Below, in pieces: positions 8,674-19,862 of a stretch of 64,000 nt of DNA. The stretch spans positions 1 to 64,000 of the forward strand of contig JBDIWC010000016.1 in assembly GCA_039794085.1 (NCBI GenBank), written 5' to 3'. The notes under the pieces were generated by a model. The model saw only the letters and a program-made list of their open reading frames with translations. It made no database searches and was not told the DNA's origin. Source of the stretch: Gemmatimonadales bacterium. GTDB lineage: Bacteria; Gemmatimonadota; Gemmatimonadetes; Gemmatimonadales; GWC2-71-9. Every line of letters begins with the position of its first letter. Position 1 is the stretch's first letter. A program made the position numbers and the translations under genes.

Positions 8674-9836
8674 TCCCCAGTCTCCATGCGGGCCCGCAAC
8701 CGGGCGGTCAGGGTCGGTCCGAGATAAAGATCGGCGACCTGGTCGTTGAAAACCAGTTCGCGAACAGCGCCGGCGGCCTGCACCGATCCCTCGAACATGA
8801 TGTACGCACGGTCGACGATTTCCAGAGTCTGCTCCACGCTGTGGTCGGTGATCAGGACACCAATGCCTCGTTGCCGCAGTCCGGCCACGATCACCTGGAT
8901 GTCGTGGACGGCGATGGGGTCCACCCCCGCGAACGGTTCGTCGAGGAGCATGAACCGGGGCTCCGTGACCAGGGCCCGGGTGAGCTCGAGACGACGCCGC
9001 TCCCCTCCGCTCAGGGTGTAGGCCTTGGCCCGGCGCAAATGCGACAATCCCAGCTCCTCCAGCAGCGCATCGAGCCGGGTCTGGCGCGCGGCCCGGTCAA
9101 GGGGCAGCGTCTCCAGGATCGCCAGGACGTTTTCCTCGACGGTCATGCGGCGGAACACACTGGGCTCCTGTGCAAGATAGCCGATCCCGGCCCGGGCCCG
9201 CTGGTACATCGGGAGGGCGGTCAGGTCCCTGTCGTCGAGCCGGATGACGCCCTGTTCCGGTCGGATGAGGCCGGTGATCAGGTAGAATGTGGTCGTCTTG
9301 CCGGCGCCGTTCGGCCCCAGCAGGGCCACCACCTCACCCTGGGTCACGGTGAGGCTCACATCGTTCACCACCACGCGCCGCTTGAAGGACTTGCAGAGCC
9401 CCTCGGCCACGAGCACGCTCCCGTGGGGAGGGCTCGCCGTTCCGGCAAGTGCGGAACGATCCAACCCGGCGGGGAGTCGTGCCTGGAGTGCCCGGGCCAC
9501 CCCTGCCCTGTCCCGGGCCATGGCGCTCCACCGGTCGGGAGAGATCCGAACCTGGTGCCACCCCTCTCCGCTGGTGTCCAGAATCCATCCGTGGGCGAGG
9601 AGTGACGGCAACAGGCGGTCCTGGACCCGGGACAGAATGGTCTCCAGGAACTCGGGCGAATCTCCCCCCGCCCCGTCGTGGCGCGGCTGGACCGCCTCCC
9701 GGTATCCCCGAACCAGGGAACTCAGGGCGATCCCCCCCTCGTCGTCGACCCCCTCGATGAGCACGGCCAGGGCCGTGATCATCGGGGGATCGGCCTCCCC
9801 GATCCAGGGGTCAAGTCCCGCGTGCGATTGGCTCAT
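8670..9836 (-). CDS. lptB: LPS export ABC ATPase LptB with ~140-aa N-terminal extension
   Basis: GPNGAGKTT, YLAQEPSVFR, LSGGERRRLE, LLDEPFAGVDP; sits between lptA-like gene and rpoN. Confidence 0.9.
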   Translation of the reverse strand: MSQSHAGLDPWIGEADPPMITALAVLIEGVDDEGGIALSSLVRGYREAVQPRHDGAGGDSPEFLETILSRVQDRLLPSLLAHGWILDTSGEGWHQVRISPDRWSAMARDRAGVARALQARLPAGLDRSALAGTASPPHGSVLVAEGLCKSFKRRVVVNDVSLTVTQGEVVALLGPNGAGKTTTFYLITGLIRPEQGVIRLDDRDLTALPMYQRARAGIGYLAQEPSVFRRMTVEENVLAILETLPLDRAARQTRLDALLEELGLSHLRRAKAYTLSGGERRRLELTRALVTEPRFMLLDEPFAGVDPIAVHDIQVIVAGLRQRGIGVLITDHSVEQTLEIVDRAYIMFEGSVQAAGAVRELVFNDQVADLYLGPTLTARLRARMETGE

Positions 9837-11332
9837 TCTCGCTCGGTTCCCCCCGGGTTCGGAGGGCCACCCGGCGGCCGAACGGCTGGTGGTGGTCCCC
9901 CGGGGAGCCGGAGGGGAGGAACGGTCGAGGCGGGCTGCAGCTGCACCCCCTGCACCCGGCCGGCGGCCTCCACCCGGTCCACCACGGTCGAGTCGCCCTG
10001 CCGCTTCATCCGAATGACGATGGTGTCCGCCGTCGTATAGTTGACCGAACGAAGTCCGGTGGTGTCGCTCATGGCCATCCGGTAATACGCTCGCGCGTTG
10101 AGGATGGCGCGCATCGTCTCCAGGTCGGTCCGGGGCTCGGCGTCGGCCGGAGCCGCCGTCGTATCGAAGACCAGCACGAGAGTGTCCCCGGCGAGCCAGT
10201 CTCCCCCCTCCGCGGAGTCCGGACGGGCCGCCACGGAGTCGGCCGTGGGAGTCCGGGTGAGGGAGTCCGTCGCGGGTGGGGATAGGGAGTCCTCCGTCGC
10301 CGGACCTGCGACCGTCGAGTCCCCGGCCCCGACCGTATCCGCGGGCGCGGAGAAGCCGGTCCAGCCATTGCCGAACCCCCGGATCTCGCGGAGACGGCGG
10401 GCGGGAGAGTCGATGGCCAGCGAATCGGCGGTCACCCGGTACACACCCGATCGGGCATCGGGGCGGATGCTGTCACCCCACGCCAGGGTTTCGCGGACAA
10501 TGCGGTCCTCGATGTCGATGCCGATCGTGTCGCTCGCCAGATCCAGGCCGCTCGCCAGGAGATGGCTGTTCCCCTGAGCCAGGGTGTACGTCACCTCATT
10601 GCCGTCGAGAGTGATGTCAATCCGGCGGGCGGTCAGGTCCACGCTGTCCGCGGCCAGGCGATGGATCTCGGCACGGCCCAGGAGCAGACCGTGCTCGCCC
10701 GCCCCGGTATCTAACTCCAGGGAATCGCTTTGGGCCCGCAGGTCGCTCCGGTTGATGGTGACGTTGCCACCGGACCAGAATCGGGTGTTGCCCCGGATCC
10801 GCACCCGGTCCCCAACCAGGATGTAGGGCTCGGCCTCGGCTCTGGTGGAGTCGGTGGCGGTAATGGTCACCGTGGGGCGTCGAGCGGCGAAGAGTTCCGC
10901 GTCGGGACGGATCTCGGGGAGGGCGCGGTAGTAGTCGAGCTCCGGACCCCGCAGAGTGCTGCGATCCTCCCGATTGGTGAACACCACGTTGCCGCGCGCT
11001 TCCCACCGATCCCCATCCCGGAAGTAGGTGCCGAAGTCAGCGGTCATCTCCGCCGTGGAGTCCTCGTACACGACCTGGCCAATGAACTGGGCGATCGCGC
11101 CCTGAAAGAGGGCGATACTGTCCGCGCGCATGCGCACCTGCTGGCCCCGGCACTGCATGCGGACGTTCCCCCCGGCGTAGTAGTTCTCGATTCCGGGCAA
11201 CGGCTCCACCCGCAGTCCCTCCCGATCCACATTCAGCAACTGGAAGACGCATTGCCGGTCCTTCTGCTGGGCCGACGCGCCCGAAGGGGAGAGGAGGAGA
11301 AGAAGCCCGAGAAACGGGAGGCCGCGGGTCAT
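9833..11332 (-). CDS. Large OstA/LptA-like exported protein
   Basis: Signal peptide, repeated GNV/GQV beta-jellyroll-like motifs, position between lptC and lptB. Confidence 0.7.
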   Translation of the reverse strand: MTRGLPFLGLLLLLSPSGASAQQKDRQCVFQLLNVDREGLRVEPLPGIENYYAGGNVRMQCRGQQVRMRADSIALFQGAIAQFIGQVVYEDSTAEMTADFGTYFRDGDRWEARGNVVFTNREDRSTLRGPELDYYRALPEIRPDAELFAARRPTVTITATDSTRAEAEPYILVGDRVRIRGNTRFWSGGNVTINRSDLRAQSDSLELDTGAGEHGLLLGRAEIHRLAADSVDLTARRIDITLDGNEVTYTLAQGNSHLLASGLDLASDTIGIDIEDRIVRETLAWGDSIRPDARSGVYRVTADSLAIDSPARRLREIRGFGNGWTGFSAPADTVGAGDSTVAGPATEDSLSPPATDSLTRTPTADSVAARPDSAEGGDWLAGDTLVLVFDTTAAPADAEPRTDLETMRAILNARAYYRMAMSDTTGLRSVNYTTADTIVIRMKRQGDSTVVDRVEAAGRVQGVQLQPASTVPPLRLPGGPPPAVRPPGGPPNPGGTERE

Positions 11333-11874
11333 GGCCGCGGTGCCCCCGGATTTCCGCGCTGTTCAGCCTTCGGTTGCTGGACGCGGACATTGGTGAACTG
11401 AATGTCGGAGACGAACCCGTTGCCGGTGAGTCGCTCATTCGGGTTCTGGTACACGAAGGTCGTGTCCCCGACGAGCTGGTTGGCCCCCTTGTTGTAGATC
11501 AGGTGCTCGGTATGGAGATACGTGATCTGGTCCACCGAGGTCCACCGGACCGTTCCCCGCGCGTCGAGGGATTCTCCGGTGGGCAGGTAGATCCCGGCAT
11601 CCGCCGACAGCGTGGAGGTGATCGCGCCCTGGGCATCGTAGAACGTGATCGTCATCCGGCGAAGATCGTACAGATTGCGCGCCTGATACACGTAGGCGGT
11701 GTCGGCCTCGACCCGGCTCTGCACGACGCCATCCACGGTGATCACGGTGGTCATGCCGAGCATGACCTGGTCGGCGCTGTCGGTCACGGCGATGACCACC
11801 GTGGGTTGCACCCCCTGGTCCACGCAGGCCGAGCCGGCGGCGATCACGCCGGCGAGCAGAAAGAGAGATCGCAT
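11329..11874 (-). CDS. lptC: LPS export protein LptC-like (possible lipoprotein)
   Basis: GSAC lipobox-like signal, LHTEHLIYN-type jellyroll, kdsD-lptC-lptA-lptB order. Confidence 0.75.
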   Translation of the reverse strand: MRSLFLLAGVIAAGSACVDQGVQPTVVIAVTDSADQVMLGMTTVITVDGVVQSRVEADTAYVYQARNLYDLRRMTITFYDAQGAITSTLSADAGIYLPTGESLDARGTVRWTSVDQITYLHTEHLIYNKGANQLVGDTTFVYQNPNERLTGNGFVSDIQFTNVRVQQPKAEQRGNPGAPRP

Positions 11875-12866
11875 CAGCCCACCCCGGCCCGGAGGAGGTC
11901 GTGCAGATGGATGACCCCGGCCACCCTCCCTCCGTCCCGCAGGACGGGCATGGCCATGATCCCCACCCGTTCCATCGTGGCGAGGACGCTCGCAGCCCGA
12001 TCCTCGCGGAGTGCCACATGGGGGGTCCGCGTCATGACGGAGGTCACGGGGATCGCCAGGAACTCGGGTGTGCTTTCAGCGATGCGGGAGAGGTCTCCGG
12101 CGGTGATGACCCCCACGAGCATGTCCCCCTCCCCCTCCCCCTCCCCCTCCACCACCAGGGCGAGGCCTCGGTGGTGGGCCAGAACCGACACGACCTCTCG
12201 CATGGTCTCCCGGGAAGACACCCGGCCTGCGGGGGCGACCATCAGGTCGGCGGCGCGCAGGTACAGGCGCCGTCCCAGGCTCCCTCCCGGGTGGTGCCGG
12301 GCAAAGTCCTCGGCCGTGAATCCCTTGGCTTCGAGAACAGCCACGACGAGGGCGTCGCCCAGAGCGGACGCCACGGCGGTGCTCGTGGTCGGGGTCAGGC
12401 CATGGGGGCAGGCTTCCGCGGACACACCCGCGTCCAGCGTGACATCCGCGGCAGTCCCGAGCCGGGAGTCCGGCGCGCCGGTGATGGCAATGACGGTGAC
12501 CTGGTGCCGGGCGAGGACGGCGAGGAGGGCCGGGAGTTCCTCCCCTTCCCCGCTCCGGCTGATGAGGATGGCGGTGTCCGCCGGTCCGACCAGTCCGAGA
12601 TCCCCATGCAACCCATCGGTCGGGTGGACAAACGTGGCCGGGGTTCCGGTGGCGGTGAGCGTGGCGGCGATCTTCCGGGCCACCAGTCCCGACTTGCCGA
12701 GACCGCTCAGCACGATCCGGCCGGTGGTGTGGCAGAGGCGATGGACCGCGGCGGTGAACCGATCGTCAAGTGTGTCCGCGGCCCGGCGGATCGCGGCCGA
12801 TTCGTCGCGGAGTACTCGCCGTCCCGTGTCCACGGCCGAAACGGTGTCGGCGATGAGAACCTTCAC
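11874..12866 (-). CDS. kdsD: Arabinose-5-phosphate isomerase (SIS + 2 CBS)
   Basis: GLGKSGLVARKIAATL, HGDLG, PTTST, HPGGSLG; GTG start overlapping kdsC stop. Confidence 0.93.
   Translation of the reverse strand: MKVLIADTVSAVDTGRRVLRDESAAIRRAADTLDDRFTAAVHRLCHTTGRIVLSGLGKSGLVARKIAATLTATGTPATFVHPTDGLHGDLGLVGPADTAILISRSGEGEELPALLAVLARHQVTVIAITGAPDSRLGTAADVTLDAGVSAEACPHGLTPTTSTAVASALGDALVVAVLEAKGFTAEDFARHHPGGSLGRRLYLRAADLMVAPAGRVSSRETMREVVSVLAHHRGLALVVEGEGEGEGDMLVGVITAGDLSRIAESTPEFLAIPVTSVMTRTPHVALREDRAASVLATMERVGIMAMPVLRDGGRVAGVIHLHDLLRAGVG
12125..12150. repeat. (CCCCCT)4 hexamer repeat inside kdsD encoding EGEGEGEG
   Basis: Four C5 tracts separated by single T. Confidence 0.85.
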
Positions 12867-13397
12867 GAGGGGACCCCCGCGTAGCGGGCGACGATGGCGG
12901 TCCATTCCCCGCGGGCACGGAGAAGTGCCTCGATGATCTCCCGCACGGCGCCATGCCCCCCCGGGGCCCGGGTGACACCGGCAGCGACGGCCCGGATCTC
13001 GGGGACCGCACCGGGTACGGTGAGGGGGAGCCCCGCCCTCTGCATCACGGCGAGGTCCGCCAGGTCGTCGCCGGCGTAGGCCACCTCGCTCCAGGCGACC
13101 CGGCGGGCGGACAGCACCTCCTCCAGGGTCTCGAGCTTGGAGCGACCGTCGAGCTGCAGGACATCGCGGATGCGGAGCTCCGCGGCTCGCTGCGCGGTGG
13201 CGGGCGAGGGTCGCGACGAGATCCAGAGCACGTCGATTCCGGACCCTCGCAGGAGCACGAGACCCAATCCGTCCCGAATGTCGAACCGCTTGAGTTCGGT
13301 GGGCGCTCCCTGGCCGGGTCCGATCCAGAGCCCGTTGTCGGTGAGGACGCCGTCGACATCGAGCGCCAGCAGGCGGATGACACGGGCCTGAGCCGGA

Positions 13398-13420
<23 letters not shown>
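12863..13420 (-). CDS. kdsC: KDO-8-phosphate phosphatase
   Basis: LDVDGVLTD HAD motif, GDDLAD, GGHGAVRE. Confidence 0.92.
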
Positions 13421-16617
<3,197 letters not shown>

Positions 16618-16622
16618 GATCC

Positions 16623-16651
16623 AAATTAACAGTCCGGAGGACTGCCGTCAA
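16623..16651 (-). promoter_or_regulatory. Sigma70-like promoter of kdsB operon, probably leaderless
   Basis: TTGACG-17bp-TAATTT, 5 nt before the kdsB ATG; spacer holds CAGTCC-N3-GGACTG inverted repeat. Confidence 0.6.
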
Positions 16652-16713
16652 AAGTCATGCCGGACGGAAACCCGCCCCGGGATCACATCCCTAGCGGGTT
16701 GTGCTGCAAGGAA

Positions 16714-17319
16714 TTACAGTGAGTCCGCTCCAGGGGGCACCAGGGCCGCCAGAGAGTCTGCCGCCCGTTGCGCGTCGCTCCGGAGCCGGTCACTGGCGGC
16801 GGCTTCCCGGGCCGCCTTCAACTTGTCCTCCAAGGCCTGCCGGGTGCTGGACGCCAGGGAACTCCTCTCGCTCTCCGGCACCAGAAGCGCCAATCTGTCA
16901 ACCACCACTCCGTTCCGTCGAATCTCCACCTCGCCAAACCGCAGATAACCCGGAACCGAGTCGGCCTCGGCCTCCTTCAGGCAGCGGAAAGGCGCTCCGG
17001 TCTCCACCCGGGTAAGCTCGTCCAGGAGCAGGAGACATCCCGACAAGGAGGCGGTGGAATCTTCGAGATCCACTCGGAGAGCCAGGGAAACGGGAAGATC
17101 GGGGGACGCCCCCTGCCCCGGTACCACTCGCACCCGGGTGATGGATCCGGCCCGTGACCCGTCGACCCGGAAGGGAATCAGCGAGGCAGGGATGGAAATG
17201 CCCGAAGACACGGCGTTTCGGACACCGGAGCTCGCTTTCCGAACCATCAGGACGGCGCCGTATCCGACCACGAAGATGGCCAGTGCCCCCAGCCCGATGC
17301 GGGCCCAATACCAGCGCAT
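16714..17319 (-). CDS. Hypothetical protein with N-terminal membrane anchor
   Basis: Hydrophobic N-terminus, AGGAGA SD, fills gap between xerD and kdsB. Confidence 0.75.
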   Translation of the reverse strand: MRWYWARIGLGALAIFVVGYGAVLMVRKASSGVRNAVSSGISIPASLIPFRVDGSRAGSITRVRVVPGQGASPDLPVSLALRVDLEDSTASLSGCLLLLDELTRVETGAPFRCLKEAEADSVPGYLRFGEVEIRRNGVVVDRLALLVPESERSSLASSTRQALEDKLKAAREAAASDRLRSDAQRAADSLAALVPPGADSL

Positions 17320-17349
17320 GTGGGTCTCCTCTTCTTTTGTTCCATTGTG

Positions 17350-17378
17350 AAACTATGGCATTCATCCCGCCGTGGCAA
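17350..17378 (-). promoter_or_regulatory. Sigma70-like promoter of hypothetical gene
   Basis: TTGCCA-17bp-TAGTTT. Confidence 0.5.
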
Positions 17379-17387
17379 GCCCCCAAG

Positions 17388-17452
17388 ACCCCCTTCACTC
17401 CACCCCCTTCACTCCACCCCCCTCGAACTTCAAACTTCGAACTTCGAACTTG
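17388..17452. repeat. Composite tandem repeat: (ACCCCCTTCACTCC)x2.4 plus four RAACTTS heptamers after xerD stop
   Basis: 14-mer at 17388-17422; heptamers at 17425-17452. Confidence 0.9.
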
Positions 17453-17455
17453 CCT

Positions 17456-18364
17456 TCATGCCCGCGGGTGGTACTTCCGGTGGACCGCGCGCAGGTACTC
17501 CCGATCCACGTGGGTGTAGATCTGGGTTGTTCCGAGGTCGGCATGGCCCAGCATCTCCTGAACCGCGCGCAGATCGGCCCCCCCTTCGAGAAGGTGGGTG
17601 GCGAAGGTGTGGCGCAGGGTGTGGGGCGTCACCCGTTTGGTGATGCCCGCCCGGGAGGCGAGCTTTCGGACGATTCCCCAGGCACCGACCCGGCTCAGGG
17701 GGGTGCCCCGTGCGTTGAGGAGCACCCGTCCCTTTCCCTGCCCCCGGTCGAGGGTGGCGCGGGTTGTGTGGAGATAGGTGGAGACGGCGCCGATCACCTT
17801 TCGGCCGATCGGAACGAGGCGCTCCTTGTCCCCCTTGCCGATGACCTGGACGAGCCCGTCGCTGAAGAGGAGGCCCTGCAGGGACAGGTCGCACAGCTCG
17901 CTCACGCGCAGCCCGGCCCCATACCCCAGTTCGAGCAGGGCGCGATCCCGCCAGGCCAGCGGATCCTCCAGGGAGGGTGCGCCGAGAAGGGCGTCGACCT
18001 CCGACCGGTTCAGCACCTCGGGGAGGGTGCGCCAGCGTCGGGGCGTGTCGAGGCGGTCGCTCGGGTCATCTGCGAGGAGGCCTTCTCCAAGAAGAAAGCG
18101 AAACCAGGTATGCAGGGCGGACACCTGCCGGCGGATGGTGGCGTGGCCGAGCCCGAGGTCCTTGAGGAGGAAGAGGAAATCGCGGAGCTGTGTGCGCGTG
18201 ATGTCCCCGGGGTTTCGGATCCCCCGGTTCGCGGCGAAGTCGACGAAGCGGCGGAGGTCCCGGGTGTACGATTCGATTGTCAGGGGACGGTGCCCCGCCT
18301 CGAGAGCCAGGTAATCCCGGAAGCCCTCCAGGTGGAAGGCGCGCTCCACCCCGTCGGGGTTCAT
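17456..18364 (-). CDS. xerD: Site-specific tyrosine recombinase, XerD-type
   Basis: GLRVSEL, GKGDKER, HTLRHTFATHLL, LGHADLGTTQIYTHV; ATG 18364 overlaps upstream stop. Confidence 0.9.
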   Translation of the reverse strand: MNPDGVERAFHLEGFRDYLALEAGHRPLTIESYTRDLRRFVDFAANRGIRNPGDITRTQLRDFLFLLKDLGLGHATIRRQVSALHTWFRFLLGEGLLADDPSDRLDTPRRWRTLPEVLNRSEVDALLGAPSLEDPLAWRDRALLELGYGAGLRVSELCDLSLQGLLFSDGLVQVIGKGDKERLVPIGRKVIGAVSTYLHTTRATLDRGQGKGRVLLNARGTPLSRVGAWGIVRKLASRAGITKRVTPHTLRHTFATHLLEGGADLRAVQEMLGHADLGTTQIYTHVDREYLRAVHRKYHPRA

Positions 18365-19374
18365 GGATCGGAGGGGGCCGGTCCGGGCAGGTCGCCGGGG
18401 CCGAGGCCCAACATGCTGGCGGCTCGCTGCATCAACCGGTCCTGGTGGGGGGGGGCGTGGTCCCGGCCCAGCATCCGCAGACGTTCCCAGAGTCCCACCC
18501 GCTCGCCGAGGGCATAGCGGAGACCCAGGATCCTGGCGAATTCGGCGGGGTCCACCGGGGTTCCGACTGGTGGGACCGCCGCTTCCTCGGGCAGGCGCCA
18601 CCGCTCGCGGAGATAAGTGGCGATGGCCACATGGTCCTCCGGAGTGAGCCCCTCGTCGCTCCGGGCGAGCTCGAGGAGGAGGATGGCGGTGGCCGCATAC
18701 GCGGGATCTTCCCGGGATCGGGCCTCGGCCACCGGGTCGTGCTCGAACGCCTGGTGAAAAGCCTGCCAGAGCCGGGCCCGTCGACGGCGCCGCCGGGAGG
18801 AGATCACCAGGATGGCCGCTCCCGCCACCACGAGACCGGCGAGAATGGCGAGAGTGATGTTGAGATTGGAGAGGATTCGTTGGATCGTGTCCCAGTTCTC
18901 GCCGAGCCGGGCGCCGACCAGAGTGATGCCGCCGTACCACAGACCCGACGCGAGGGACAGCGGGAGCATGGCCCGCCAGGTGGTCATCGGAACGAGGCCG
19001 GTGAACGGGGCCACGACCGACCGGAATCCCGGCAGGAGCCGCATGGCAAGAATGCCGGCCATGCCGAACCGCAGGTAGCCCCGCTCCATGACCGCGAACG
19101 CATCGGGCTGCACCACCAGGCGCCCGAACCGGCTCCGCAGGAAGGCCGGTCCCCACCGGCGCGCAAGTCCGTGGACCAGGAGTGCTCCGGCGACGCTCCC
19201 TCCCCATCCCGCGAGGAAGACGCCCCACGCGGTCGTGATGCCCCTGTGGACCAGGAACGCGCCCAGGGCCACAGCCACATCGGCGGGAATGGGCGGGACG
19301 ATGTTCTCGACCAGCGTGCCGGCGGCCAGAACCAGGTAGATGATCGCGGGCGGCCACTCGGCGACCTGCTGCAA
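18361..19374 (-). CDS. DedA/VTT family membrane protein with C-terminal TerB-like domain
   Basis: ENIVPPIPAD and RLLPGFRSV DedA motifs; helical C-terminal domain; start may be CTG at 19389. Confidence 0.82.
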   Translation of the reverse strand: MQQVAEWPPAIIYLVLAAGTLVENIVPPIPADVAVALGAFLVHRGITTAWGVFLAGWGGSVAGALLVHGLARRWGPAFLRSRFGRLVVQPDAFAVMERGYLRFGMAGILAMRLLPGFRSVVAPFTGLVPMTTWRAMLPLSLASGLWYGGITLVGARLGENWDTIQRILSNLNITLAILAGLVVAGAAILVISSRRRRRRARLWQAFHQAFEHDPVAEARSREDPAYAATAILLLELARSDEGLTPEDHVAIATYLRERWRLPEEAAVPPVGTPVDPAEFARILGLRYALGERVGLWERLRMLGRDHAPPHQDRLMQRAASMLGLGPGDLPGPAPSDP

Positions 19375-19385
19375 CCACGCGTCGA

Positions 19386-19862
19386 TCAGCGGACCTCCAC
19401 GGTGGCGACGGCGATGACCGCGACGCCCTCACCCCGGCCGATCCACCCCATTCCCTCGTTGCTCTTCCCCTTCACGGAGATGCGATCGGCCGGGAGATCG
19501 AGAACCCGCGCCAGGGCGACCCGCATCGCCTCCCGGTAGGGACCGATCCGGGGTTGCTCGACGATCACGGTGATGTCGGCCTGTTGGGGGGCGGCTCCCC
19601 GCTCCCGCAGGTGCTGCACCACGGCATGGAGCAGCATCAAGGAGTCGGCGTTCTTCCAGGTGGGATCGGTGTCCGGAAAGAGGGTGCCGATGTCCCCGGC
19701 GCCGGCCGCTCCGAGGAGGGCGTCGATGAGCGCGTGAGAGACGGCATCGGCGTCGGAGTGTCCGGCAAGCCCAAGTGCGTGATCCATGTGCTGGCCCGCG
19801 AGCACCAGCTTCCGGCCTTCCACAAAGCGATGCGAGTCGTACCCGATCCCCACGCGGATCAT
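19386..19862 (-). CDS. ispF: 2-C-methyl-D-erythritol 2,4-cyclodiphosphate synthase
   Basis: IRVGIGYDSHRF, GHSDAD, GDIGTLFPDTD. Confidence 0.96.
   Translation of the reverse strand: MIRVGIGYDSHRFVEGRKLVLAGQHMDHALGLAGHSDADAVSHALIDALLGAAGAGDIGTLFPDTDPTWKNADSLMLLHAVVQHLRERGAAPQQADITVIVEQPRIGPYREAMRVALARVLDLPADRISVKGKSNEGMGWIGRGEGVAVIAVATVEVR

Noticed and set aside
17356..17370. TGGCAT-N7-GC sigma-54-like site on the plus strand
   Set aside because: Lacks TTGC, has no plus-strand gene downstream, and overlaps a better minus-strand sigma70 candidate
17456..19432. 658-aa recombinase or phage integrase marking an island
   Set aside because: The long N-terminus is an alternate frame over dedA; the ~302-aa core is a housekeeping XerD with no att sites, cargo or compositional shift
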